From a virus, in the IMG/VR virus record IMGVR_UViG_3300035703_000022, positions 1 through 64,000 of that record: DNA of 64,000 nucleotides; one strand, given 5' to 3'. The notes below the pieces were generated by a model. The model did no database searches and was not told the origin of the DNA. It saw only the letters and a list, made by a program, of their open reading frames with translations. Below, one piece after another: positions 29,714 through 39,089 of the stretch. Every line of letters starts with the position of its first letter. Positions within the stretch are counted from its first letter, which is position 1. The position numbers were made by a program, and so were the translations under genes.

Positions 29714-32038
29714 ATGACATACTTTAGAGAATTACCAAATCTTCAAGTTCTCAACAGAACAAAAAATATAACCTCGAATGATGAAAAACTTATTATTAAA
29801 AATATCTTCAAAAGGGCAAAACTCAGAGAAGATATTATCTCCATAGCTTCTGCTTTTGAATATTATACGATTACTGAGAATGAAAGACCTGAACAAGTTG
29901 CAGAAAAAATTTATGGAGATCCAAATCTAGATTGGGTGGTATTAACGACTAACAATATTATAAATGTTCAAGAACAATGGCCATTGAATGGCAATAGTTT
30001 CAATAAGTACATGTTGGAAAAATATGGGTCAGAAAGTGCTTTTACTGAAATTCACCATTACGAATCTATTTCTACAAGAGATTCTTTTGGTAGAGAAGTT
30101 TTTCCTAAGGGATTAATTCTCGATGAGGCTTTTTATAATAGCCCAGAATATGAAGATTTAGATGAGATTCCCCCAGGAATAACGTTTCCTCCAATCTACC
30201 TTGATGGGACCCAAGCAGTATTAACACCAACAGTAGGAATTGGTTATAGTGTAACCTCTATTCAAATTACAAATCCTGGATTGGGATATCAAAATCCTCC
30301 GACCATTACAATTTCAAATCCTCCAATTACTAGTAATGCTTCAGCTGATTGTTTAATAACAGATTTCAGAGTATCTTCTATTGTAAATTTAGTAGGAGGT
30401 CAGGGTTACAATAACAGTCCAACAGTAACATTTTCAAATCCAACTCCATCAGTACAAGCTACTGCTGAATGTGATATAGGTGATGGAGTTGATTTTGATA
30501 AGGTTTCATCAATTAAAAATCTTGTTGGTGGTGCTGGATATGGAGTTACATCCCCATCGGTAACATTTTCAAGTTCCGACAGACTTTTAGCTGGACAATA
30601 TGTAAATCAATCGACATCAACAATAGGCACTGATATTGAAGGATTTTATATTGATTCAACGGGTACATATCTATATACATCCAATTTTACTGGGGACAAT
30701 CAAATTAAACAACACACTTTGACTACAAGTTGGGATGTTTCTACAATAGAACTAACTTATGAATTGGATGTAAGTGAGGATTTTTCCTACACGACTAGTG
30801 TTGAATTCAAACCAGATGGAACTATAATGTATGTAAGTGGTGGAAGTGGGCCATTTTATAAAATTGTTGCATATAATCTCTCAACTCCATGGAATATTTC
30901 TACTGCGATAAAATGGAATGAGGAATTTATAAGTTCTCCTAGCAGATTTAGATTCAAATTAGATGGATCTAAATTATTTGTTTTAGATTCAAATAATAAT
31001 ACTATTCAAGAAATACCTCTTGCAACTTCATGGAACATTACTTCAGTACAACCTGAAAGTGATAATCTAAATCTTACATCTGTTATTGGAGACGATGGTA
31101 TTCTTGGATTTACTTTCAATTCTAATGGAAATAAACTATTTGTTACAAGTCAAAACAATTCCAACATTTATGAATTTGATTTGGAACCATGGCAAATAAA
31201 CTCTGCGGTTTACAAATATACTTTTTATGTTGGAAATAGAATTTCATCTCCATCCGACATTGTTATAGACACCGATGTTGATAAATTTTTAATTGCCGAA
31301 GGTGAAGGAGATAAAATTTTCGAATATAACATATCATCTAGAGCAAAAGGAATTGCACAAGTAACAAATGGATCTATTAGTAGTATTGACATCATAAATC
31401 CAGGACTTGGTTACACAATAGCTCCAACAATTACAATTGGAGCTCCATATCCAGAAGTTACTGCTACTGGTACAGCTAATTTGACAAATGGAATTGTCAC
31501 TAGTATTACTGTAAATGATTCTGGGTTTGGGTATATTAATCCACCATCAATATCTATTGAAAATGCTCCGATATCAAGAAAACTGGTAATATCTTTTAGT
31601 ATGTCAAATACAGGTATCGGAACAGTTAGGATTGTCGATGGAGGGTCAAATTATACCTCAACTCCAACAATTACTATAAGTCCACCTCAAGATATTGTAA
31701 ATGTTGAAGTCGGTGAATTGTATAGTCAAAATCAAACTACGTGGAAATGGAACGGAACGAATTGGCAAGAAAAGATAACTGAAGAATTTCAGTATTTTGA
31801 TCCAACAACAAATTCTATAATTAGAATACCTGGATCTGAACTTTGTATTCCAATAACAAATTATGAGTATGAATCAAATATAAATGATAACAAAAGACAA
31901 ATATTAATTTTAAAACCAGAATATCTATCGGTGTTTATTAGTGATTTTAAAAATATCATGACATATGATCCAGATGATCCAAATTATATTAATGATAAAC
32001 TAAAAACTACATATAATGAAAAAATAATGAAGATATAA
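29714..32038 (+). CDS. gp53: Baseplate wedge gp53 with large internal insertion
   Basis: YFRELP..KNIFKR..ERPEQVA..YGD..LDWVVL..N.I..QWP..HHYE at N-terminus; TNYEYE..N..KRQI.ILKPEY at C-terminus; about 500 aa inserted. Confidence 0.85.
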   Translation: MTYFRELPNLQVLNRTKNITSNDEKLIIKNIFKRAKLREDIISIASAFEYYTITENERPEQVAEKIYGDPNLDWVVLTTNNIINVQEQWPLNGNSFNKYMLEKYGSESAFTEIHHYESISTRDSFGREVFPKGLILDEAFYNSPEYEDLDEIPPGITFPPIYLDGTQAVLTPTVGIGYSVTSIQITNPGLGYQNPPTITISNPPITSNASADCLITDFRVSSIVNLVGGQGYNNSPTVTFSNPTPSVQATAECDIGDGVDFDKVSSIKNLVGGAGYGVTSPSVTFSSSDRLLAGQYVNQSTSTIGTDIEGFYIDSTGTYLYTSNFTGDNQIKQHTLTTSWDVSTIELTYELDVSEDFSYTTSVEFKPDGTIMYVSGGSGPFYKIVAYNLSTPWNISTAIKWNEEFISSPSRFRFKLDGSKLFVLDSNNNTIQEIPLATSWNITSVQPESDNLNLTSVIGDDGILGFTFNSNGNKLFVTSQNNSNIYEFDLEPWQINSAVYKYTFYVGNRISSPSDIVIDTDVDKFLIAEGEGDKIFEYNISSRAKGIAQVTNGSISSIDIINPGLGYTIAPTITIGAPYPEVTATGTANLTNGIVTSITVNDSGFGYINPPSISIENAPISRKLVISFSMSNTGIGTVRIVDGGSNYTSTPTITISPPQDIVNVEVGELYSQNQTTWKWNGTNWQEKITEEFQYFDPTTNSIIRIPGSELCIPITNYEYESNINDNKRQILILKPEYLSVFISDFKNIMTYDPDDPNYINDKLKTTYNEKIMKI

Positions 32039-32066
32039 AAAAAGGAGGGTTTTATCCCTCCTTTTA
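32037..32066. terminator. Bidirectional terminator between convergent gp53 and gp32
   Basis: AAAAAAAGGAGGG-ttttat-CCCTCCTTTT. Confidence 0.85.
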
Positions 32067-32071
32067 GTTTA

Positions 32072-32995
32072 TCAGGACTCGGCCAGTTTCTGGAAGTAAC
32101 TCAGAGCATCATCTGCATCTTCATCATCTTCTTCCTGAACTGCAGGACGAGCAATCTCAAAGGAAGGAGTAGAACGTTTCGGAGCGGATTCACCGCGACG
32201 TTCTGCTTCCCATTGTTCATCCTCTTCAATGGTCTCAGGATCCTGTCGTGCGGGAGTTTTTGCACCCAGGACATAATCCAGACGTTTTTTCAAGTCCTCA
32301 TAGGTTTTGAAGTTACTAGCAGCACTGAACTCATTGAGATCATTCAGATTCTTGTAGATACGTTCAAGTTTGTCATCATCATCTAGAAGAACGGAAGGTT
32401 TTTCAAACTCAGACTTGTCATAGTTCCAGTAACCTTCAACCTTACGAATCTTCAGTTTGAAGTTAGCACCAGTCCAGAAATCAAAAGGATTGACGGCTTC
32501 TTCATCTGCAAACTGTGGTTGCATCGCTTCTGTAATCTTATCATAGATCTTCTTACCGAACTTGTAGAGGAAGACACGACCCTCGTTCTCTGGGTGTGCA
32601 GGATCACTCACCACATAAATGTTGGCGTAGTAAGAGAGTTTGCGTTTCTGTTTCCGAGCAATCTCCTTATCACGATCAGATCCAGAGTTCCACAGAACAC
32701 GATTGTGTTCAGACACAGGATCTTTCTGTCCCAGAGTCGTCAGAGAGTTTTCGATGTACCAACCACCAGGGCCTTGGAATGCATGACTCCAAACTTGGGC
32801 CCAAGGAAGTTCACATCCTTCGGGTGCAGGGAGGAATCGGATGACTGCATAACCATTTCCGGCTTTGTCTACTTCGGGTTTCCAGAAGCGGTCATCAGCA
32901 CCACCTTCTCCACTATTCAGTTTTTCGACTTGTTTGATCAGTTTTTCAGTCAGTGAACCAGCACGGGACTGTTTCTTGAGATCAGCAAAAGACAT
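32072..32995 (-). CDS. gp32: Single-stranded DNA-binding protein gp32
   Basis: DDRFWKP..GNGYAVIRFLP..HAFQGPGGWYIENS..YKFGKKI..NYDKSEF; acidic tail. Confidence 0.97.
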   Translation of the reverse strand: MSFADLKKQSRAGSLTEKLIKQVEKLNSGEGGADDRFWKPEVDKAGNGYAVIRFLPAPEGCELPWAQVWSHAFQGPGGWYIENSLTTLGQKDPVSEHNRVLWNSGSDRDKEIARKQKRKLSYYANIYVVSDPAHPENEGRVFLYKFGKKIYDKITEAMQPQFADEEAVNPFDFWTGANFKLKIRKVEGYWNYDKSEFEKPSVLLDDDDKLERIYKNLNDLNEFSAASNFKTYEDLKKRLDYVLGAKTPARQDPETIEEDEQWEAERRGESAPKRSTPSFEIARPAVQEEDDEDADDALSYFQKLAES

Positions 32996-33039
32996 TTGTA
33001 TTCTCCGTATTGAGTGTATTTGGCCTTTGGGACGACTTT

Positions 33040-33068
33040 ATCTTACACGGGGTAGGAATGGTTGTCAA
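33040..33068 (-). promoter_or_regulatory. sigma70-like promoter of gp32
   Basis: TTGACA-17-TAAGAT. Confidence 0.75.
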
Positions 33069-33076
33069 GCCACAGG

Positions 33077-33505
33077 TTATTTAGATTTGTTTCGGTGTTG
33101 GGCCAATGCAGCCAATCTACACCTTTCTATTACTTCTGGCGAGTGTTTTTTCCCTTTTGGCCAACCTCCTTTGTGGGGTTGGTTTTTCTTTGTTTCACTT
33201 ATTTTTCTTTTAGTTTCTTCCGATCTTTTCTCACAAAAATAAAACTTTTTGGAAGTTTGTTTTGATTTATTTGCAAAATGTGGATTTACATCTACTTTAT
33301 AAAATTCATGAAGATAACATTCTGCATTTATAGAATCTTCTATATTATCAAAAACTTCCAAAATAATTTTTTGAGTAGGTTTGAAAGTTTTGTCATGAAA
33401 ACTTCCAAAATAATTTACATCTTTTTCGGGTAAACATTTGCATTGGCGTTGACCAATATATCCTCTACCATACTCTTCATAAGAGTAATAGACATAAAAG
33501 TGCAT
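33077..33505 (-). CDS. GIY-YIG (Seg-like) homing endonuclease with NUMOD3-type tail
   Basis: FYVYYSYEEYGRGYIG.R..YFGS; SEETKRKIS and GKKHSPE motifs. Confidence 0.8.
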   Translation of the reverse strand: MHFYVYYSYEEYGRGYIGQRQCKCLPEKDVNYFGSFHDKTFKPTQKIILEVFDNIEDSINAECYLHEFYKVDVNPHFANKSKQTSKKFYFCEKRSEETKRKISETKKNQPHKGGWPKGKKHSPEVIERCRLAALAQHRNKSK

Positions 33506-33607
33506 GACTGCTCTTTAGTTAACTCGCATTATTATTTATATTTAAAAGGGGAGATTTTACTCTCCCCCACCTTACAGATTGCGAGTCAACTAAGGCAAAA
33601 TTATTTA

Positions 33608-33892
33608 TTAGTCTTTTGGCATTTCTTCTGGATTCTCTATTTGAAGTTCAAATAACAATGGGTGACACATTTCATCAATTAAGTAATTTGACCAACGATA
33701 CATGTCTTCAGATGTATATTCGTAATTATTTTCCGCTTCTATCTGTATATATGGATCTTGTTGCATAATCAACGGAATGTCATCAAAAGTAAAAGGAATT
33801 CCGTTGATGAAATACATGTCTACAATCTCACCATTGTGGAAACAATATGCGGAGGTGATTTTGTAGTGGTAGGACATCTTACATATCTGCAA
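33608..33892 (-). CDS. Conserved cyanophage hypothetical protein
   Basis: MYFINGIPFTFDD..YLIDE..HP. Confidence 0.6.
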   Translation of the reverse strand: MQICKMSYHYKITSAYCFHNGEIVDMYFINGIPFTFDDIPLIMQQDPYIQIEAENNYEYTSEDMYRWSNYLIDEMCHPLLFELQIENPEEMPKD

Positions 33893-34208
33893 TTTTATCT
33901 AGACGGGACAGAGTGTTTTCCATCTCTGCAAATAATTCGTTAACATTATTTCCATCAAACCCCAGGAATTTGGCAGCATCTTGAATTCTTTCTTTCATTT
34001 CAAGTGCTTCTGGGTCATCAGATAACGAGAGACGGAAGTATAGATTCTTCTGTTTCTCTAGAAAAGTTCTCATGAGTTCGACATGTTCCTTCTTTTCCTC
34101 CTTACTCATAATAGGAGCTCTGAAGGTGTCTTGAATAATTTTTTGTTGAAGTTCTTCCATCTCTTTGATGGATTCTCTTACAATTTCGGATTGAAAAAAT
34201 CCACTCAC
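33879..34208 (-). CDS. DUF1825-family protein
   Basis: FFQSEIV..LEKQK..YFRLSLSDDPEA. Confidence 0.75.
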   Translation of the reverse strand: MSGFFQSEIVRESIKEMEELQQKIIQDTFRAPIMSKEEKKEHVELMRTFLEKQKNLYFRLSLSDDPEALEMKERIQDAAKFLGFDGNNVNELFAEMENTLSRLDKIADM

Positions 34209-34609
34209 TGTGCGATCTCCCTTTGTTTTAATTTTTTTAGAGTATTTTCCAATTCTAATAAAAATATGTCATTGGAATTATTTGAAGTAAATCCAAATAT
34301 TTTACCAGCATCTTCAAGTCTATTTTTCATATTAATCATTTCTGGATCTTCTGAAAAATTCACAATATTATATAATTTTCTTGTCTTTTTTAGAAAAGAG
34401 CTCATTAAAAGTATTTGTTCTTTTCTTTTTTTGTTATCTATGTAAGGATCATTTAAGGTTTCTTCAATAACTTGAAGGAGATTCTTGTCGCCTAATAGTA
34501 TATAATAATGAGTTGTTTCAACGTTACTATTATTATCCACAACAAAATTTTGAACTGTTTCGAGAATTTCTTTAAGTTTTTTTCCTTCTTTTAGAAGAAA
34601 TTTTTTCAC
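34205..34609 (-). CDS. Diverged DUF1825-like paralog
   Basis: SEDPEMINMKNRLEDAGKIFGF aligns with SDDPEALEMKERIQDAAKFLGF of the neighbouring gene. Confidence 0.55.
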   Translation of the reverse strand: MKKFLLKEGKKLKEILETVQNFVVDNNSNVETTHYYILLGDKNLLQVIEETLNDPYIDNKKRKEQILLMSSFLKKTRKLYNIVNFSEDPEMINMKNRLEDAGKIFGFTSNNSNDIFLLELENTLKKLKQREIAQ

Positions 34610-35199
34610 AACACAATCTCCTTTAAGATCTTTATATATTTTTCCTTATCAATATTTAGGAAAGACCTGTATTTTTTTATACGCAAACTGACGGATTCCC
34701 ACACTGGATCGAATAGTTTTTTGTCAAACTTTTTAGAAAAATTTAAGATCATATCCATAATAACAAAAGTTTCTATAGATATGGCATTTTGCAAATATTT
34801 TTTAAGAATCTCTGGATGGGATGAACCTTTAAGTTCAAACAAAGAATCAAAGGTTTTTTTGTTGAAAAATATTTCGGATTCAGTTTTAAAGAGATATAAA
34901 AGACTTTGAGATCTTTTTAACCAATTTGAATAATTTTTTTCTCCTGACTCAATAATTTCACCTATCCATAGTTTTGAAGGATCATCACATTCTACAAAAT
35001 TAGCCAGGAAATATTGACGGATCTCATCATCAGACTTCTGACGAGACATACGTTCAAAAAAGTAACGATCTTTTCTTTTGTTGAACGACTCTTTTGAAGC
35101 TCGTGACTTCCCGCAATATTGAAAGTAATCGTAGTTCGGTTTAGTGAAATGATTCTTGAATGCCAGATATGTTTTGTATACCTCTATTGGCGTCATCAA
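34606..35199 (-). CDS. gp59: Helicase loader gp59
   Basis: YKTYLAFKNHFT..YDY..Y.GK..SF.KRKDRYFF..ISIET. Confidence 0.85.
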   Translation of the reverse strand: MMTPIEVYKTYLAFKNHFTKPNYDYFQYCGKSRASKESFNKRKDRYFFERMSRQKSDDEIRQYFLANFVECDDPSKLWIGEIIESGEKNYSNWLKRSQSLLYLFKTESEIFFNKKTFDSLFELKGSSHPEILKKYLQNAISIETFVIMDMILNFSKKFDKKLFDPVWESVSLRIKKYRSFLNIDKEKYIKILKEIVL

Positions 35200-35459
35200 A
35201 AAACTAATTTAGCACGACTTGTTTTTTTAAGAAAGTTAAGTTGAGTTGCTTCATACTTAAGTTTTTCTTTTAATGGTTTTGAGATCAGTTTAGATACTGA
35301 TTCAAACTCGATACTGTTTTCTTCACAGTATGTGACAATTGCTTCAATATAATTAATTTTTGAAGTAGTCACTAGATATTCAATATCTTGTGCAAACTTG
35401 GACTGACACAAAAATTTTTCTTTTATTAGTAAATTTACGTCTTCAGTGTTATTTTGCAT
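35196..35459 (-). CDS. gp33: Late transcription coactivator gp33
   Basis: F..DIE..NYIEAIV.YCEEN.IE.ESV.KLISKPLKEKLK.EA..LNFLK; start set at MQNNTE. Confidence 0.88.
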   Translation of the reverse strand: MQNNTEDVNLLIKEKFLCQSKFAQDIEYLVTTSKINYIEAIVTYCEENSIEFESVSKLISKPLKEKLKYEATQLNFLKKTSRAKLVF

Positions 35460-35463
35460 GGGA

Positions 35464-36129
35464 TTAGGTTTTGTATGTGACAAATTCTCTAATGTATTTG
35501 GTAAGAAGTTTAATATAGTAATCTTTGTTTCTTTTTTCATAGACGAAGCATTCTCCATTGTCAGCGACCATAATAGTGATCAATTTTTTAACTGGAATAC
35601 CAGTCATTTCATAATACATGCAAGCATATGCTGTTTCCTGGACAAAATAATTTTCAATCCATTCTTCAGGTTTTATTTTTTTTGAAGTCTTGAAGTCAAT
35701 AACTGCGAGCTCTCCCTCGTACTCAGCGATGCAATCTACTCTGCCCGCAAGTCCCAAGTAGTCACTATAAAGTGACTTTTCTAAAGCATGTATATTATTT
35801 ATACGATCAAGATAAGGCTTTGCTGCAAGAAAGAGAAACTTTGTTACAGGAAGTGGATTATACTTGTCAATATCTTCATTCAACAAATACTTCTCAACAA
35901 TATCATGAAACTTGGTTCCACGATCTGTTGCAACCTTAGTGATCTTATTGGCTTCTTCTTCACCAACTTTCTTACGCCAGTCAATAAATTTTTGTCTACC
36001 ATAAAAACTGGTCACAGAAGTGATAGAAGGATATAACCTACCAGAAGGGACTCGATAAAACCGAGTCCCTTCAATCATTTCTGCTTGTAAGTCAACCTCT
36101 TCTTTCAAATAATCTAAATGAACAAACAT
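35464..36129 (-). CDS. PD-(D/E)XK exonuclease
   Basis: YPSITSV..RGT.FH..E..L..AGRVDCIAEY.G.LAVIDFKTS..YFVQ..AY. Confidence 0.88.
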   Translation of the reverse strand: MFVHLDYLKEEVDLQAEMIEGTRFYRVPSGRLYPSITSVTSFYGRQKFIDWRKKVGEEEANKITKVATDRGTKFHDIVEKYLLNEDIDKYNPLPVTKFLFLAAKPYLDRINNIHALEKSLYSDYLGLAGRVDCIAEYEGELAVIDFKTSKKIKPEEWIENYFVQETAYACMYYEMTGIPVKKLITIMVADNGECFVYEKRNKDYYIKLLTKYIREFVTYKT

Positions 36130-36887
36130 TACATACCTAAAGCCAATTTAGCAACAATATAGTTTTTGACAAGTCCAGAACGAACAATATCATCAACTCC
36201 AAATTCTACCATGGAAAAATCATATTCCATTGCACGAATAATTTTCATAAAATCAAGAATCCCATTTTTTTCATGGGTTTTAACAAGATCAGATTGAGTA
36301 GCATCACCACAAAATACAATCTTACTATTTTCACCAATACGAGTAATTATACTATCTAATTCATGAAAATTCAAGTTTTGCATTTCATCGACTAATACAA
36401 TTGCGTTATCGAGAGTAGTACCACGAATAAAACTAGTTGACCAGAATGAAATAGTCTCTTGGGCTTTAAGATTTCCATAGAGCATTTCAAAGTCAGCATC
36501 AGAAGGCAACTCAAACATATACTTACACATGTTCTTGTAAGGAATCTGATAGAGAGAGGATTTATCCTCATGATCTCCTGGCAGGAAACCAATTTCTCTA
36601 GTAGAAACAAGAGATCTTACAATATAAACTTTTTCATATGGAGTTCTTTCGTCAAGAACATCTTTAAGTGCAAGATAAAGACCCACAAATGTTTTACCTG
36701 TACCTGCAGCACCGTAGGCAAAGATATTTTTACCTTTTTTGTATTCATCAAAAAAGATTTTTTGATTATCCGTTAACGGAGAAATATCCGTCATTAACTC
36801 AGAGTTAATTGGTTTTTTACGGCGCATTTGTTTTGCGCTCATACCAATACCGATGTTGCCATTAGAAGATTTTCTTGATCTGGGCAT
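36129..36887 (-). CDS. phoH: PhoH-family ATPase
   Basis: GAAGTGKT, REIGFLPG, SFIRGTT, DEMQN, GDATQSD, DIVRSGLV. Confidence 0.96.
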   Translation of the reverse strand: MPRSRKSSNGNIGIGMSAKQMRRKKPINSELMTDISPLTDNQKIFFDEYKKGKNIFAYGAAGTGKTFVGLYLALKDVLDERTPYEKVYIVRSLVSTREIGFLPGDHEDKSSLYQIPYKNMCKYMFELPSDADFEMLYGNLKAQETISFWSTSFIRGTTLDNAIVLVDEMQNLNFHELDSIITRIGENSKIVFCGDATQSDLVKTHEKNGILDFMKIIRAMEYDFSMVEFGVDDIVRSGLVKNYIVAKLALGM

Positions 36888-36888
36888 A

Positions 36889-37137
36889 CTAGATTTTCTT
36901 TACTTTGGAACCAGGTGCTTTAGAGGCTTTGTGAAGAACATCATTCCAGCCTGGATTTCTGGAAATGAGTTTGTCTTTCCACTCGCCTACTTCACCAGCA
37001 CTAGGACAGGTAGATGGATCACTCCAATCTCTGTCCCAATCTGGATTATCTTTTTTCCACTGGTCCCAGGCGTGGATACTCATTTCCACTTCTTTCTGTT
37101 CTCCAGTGGTTTTATTAATAACAGGATAAGTCGCCAT
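36889..37137 (-). CDS. Conserved T4-like hypothetical protein upstream of phoH
   Basis: MATYPV.N..TGE..GWNDVL.K..KAPGS. Confidence 0.7.
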   Translation of the reverse strand: MATYPVINKTTGEQKEVEMSIHAWDQWKKDNPDWDRDWSDPSTCPSAGEVGEWKDKLISRNPGWNDVLHKASKAPGSKVKKI

Positions 37138-37162
37138 TTAAGTAATGAATTTCAATTATGAT

Positions 37163-38017
37163 TTATTTATTGGGTATTTTTTTGGCGATATAGTGTTGTT
37201 GAGAAACTTGTTCTATATGCCATTTTACCACAGGTTCTACGTAATAACCAGCATCACTTTTTAGCTTGTATTTTTTATAATTTTTTCTGTTGTGTTTTTC
37301 TAAAATTAGTTTATGCACTACATTGTCATCATCGACATTATTATATTTTTTAAGATGTTCTCTAATTGTTAATTCTAGATATTTGTTTTCTTTATAAGCT
37401 TGAAACTCTTCCACTCGTTTTTTTGTTAAATGTGGCAATGAAAATAATGTTTTTGCGTAAAAATCAATATTCACATGTTTCAGTCCCAAGAGTAATATTC
37501 TTTCATAAATTTCAGTGTCTTCCCAGGCAGCAAATTTACTCATATTTTCATTATATCCACCCACTTTAAAGTAATTTTCTCTCGATATGTATAATGTACC
37601 CCAAAGTGGTTTTAAGTACTTATAATTTTGATAAACATGATCAGGATCAAGTTTTGAATTAGTAAAATGCCACCCTTCATCAGTACCAGTTAAAAAGGTT
37701 TTATTATCAATTTTATGATGATCAAAAAAATTAAAATATGGATTCATAACTGTATCTGAATCCAACTTTAGAATATAATCACTCTTAACTAGAGATGCAG
37801 CTAAATTTAATGGTTGGGGTTGATTAAAATAGGGTTCTTTTGGGACAGTAATGATTTTAATTCTACTATCTAATCGACTTAAATGTTGAATTGGAACATC
37901 AGAATTCCAATCTGTTACGATGATTTCATCTACTTCACTGAATTGAATCCAAGAACTTATGGACACAGTTAAAGCCTCACCCCTATTTTTACATGCAGAT
38001 ATTATGGAAATACTCAT
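37163..38017 (-). CDS. GT-A glycosyltransferase (GT2 / GT7-C-like), paralog 1
   Basis: ACKNR, EIIVTDWNS, ILKLDSD (DxD), VGGYNE..WED. Confidence 0.85.
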   Translation of the reverse strand: MSISIISACKNRGEALTVSISSWIQFSEVDEIIVTDWNSDVPIQHLSRLDSRIKIITVPKEPYFNQPQPLNLAASLVKSDYILKLDSDTVMNPYFNFFDHHKIDNKTFLTGTDEGWHFTNSKLDPDHVYQNYKYLKPLWGTLYISRENYFKVGGYNENMSKFAAWEDTEIYERILLLGLKHVNIDFYAKTLFSLPHLTKKRVEEFQAYKENKYLELTIREHLKKYNNVDDDNVVHKLILEKHNRKNYKKYKLKSDAGYYVEPVVKWHIEQVSQQHYIAKKIPNK

Positions 38018-38898
38018 ATTTTAACTGCTTCATATATTTGATCATTTATTTGGGTTATTTCCCATTTGTATAGTGGTTTTGAATACCATTCTATAGAATT
38101 TATTGTTTCTTTTTGTTTTTCTTTATCAAATTTTTCATCGGATTCTATAAAATTAAGTATTTCCATCATTCTTGCAGATGTTGGATATACGTTATGATTT
38201 TTTTCTTTACATAGTTTAACCATATAGTTATAGAGTTCCTCTCCAACAAAGTCTTTTCCAAATTCACTTAAAATTTGACTTATACTTTCAAATGATTCAA
38301 AGTTCTTTACTCTATCTTTATTTGTATGTGGAATATGTAAAGCTGAAAGTTTCTGTGCATCTATTAGAATTGGAGTAAGTCCATATGATATCAATCTTAC
38401 TGCCAATTCATCATCTTCTACTGCATAATACTTTCCCATGTTTTCATTATATCCACCGACTTTTCTAAAGGTTTCGGTACTTACATAGAGCAGTCCCCAT
38501 AAAGGATGTAAAAAATCAAAATCCATTCCTTTTAACAAACTATTCGATCCAGTTATAAAAGAATTTTCTTGAATTTGGTGAAAATCAAAAAAATTAAAAT
38601 ATGGATTAAATAAATGATCACAATCCAACTTTAGAATATAATCACTCTTAACTAGAGATGCAGCTAAATTTAATGGTTGGGGTTGATTAAAATAAGTTTC
38701 ATCTTTTACATTAATTATTTTTACTTTTTTATCCCATACCGTCAAGTGATCTATTGGATCATCGGAATTCCAATTTGTTATGATGATTTCATCAACCTCA
38801 TCAAATTGCATCCACGAAGAAACAGATATAGCCAAAGCTTTAGATCTGTTTTTACATGCAGTTATTATAGAAATTGACATTTTATTGACTAATATCAA
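38014..38898 (-). CDS. GT-A glycosyltransferase (GT2 / GT7-C-like), paralog 2
   Basis: ACKNR, ILKLDCD, VGGYNE..VEDDE. Confidence 0.85.
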   Translation of the reverse strand: MILVNKMSISIITACKNRSKALAISVSSWMQFDEVDEIIITNWNSDDPIDHLTVWDKKVKIINVKDETYFNQPQPLNLAASLVKSDYILKLDCDHLFNPYFNFFDFHQIQENSFITGSNSLLKGMDFDFLHPLWGLLYVSTETFRKVGGYNENMGKYYAVEDDELAVRLISYGLTPILIDAQKLSALHIPHTNKDRVKNFESFESISQILSEFGKDFVGEELYNYMVKLCKEKNHNVYPTSARMMEILNFIESDEKFDKEKQKETINSIEWYSKPLYKWEITQINDQIYEAVKI

Positions 38899-39089
38899 GA
38901 TCAGAGTAATCTAATTTTTGGAGTTCTTCTGGATCAATTTCTTTAGTCTTGAATTCTCCATTTTCCGTATATTCGACAATATATTTTTCAGGTGTTGCTT
39001 CAAGTATCGTACATGAAGTCCAAACTTTGTCTTTAGATAAGGCTTGAGTTTGATAGTACATATTATTTTTCTATTATCCTTGGTATATA

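Noticed and set aside
35464-36129. Cas4-like nuclease suggesting a CRISPR system
   Set aside because: Core cyanophage exonuclease between phoH and gp33; no repeat-spacer array or cas genes seen in the window
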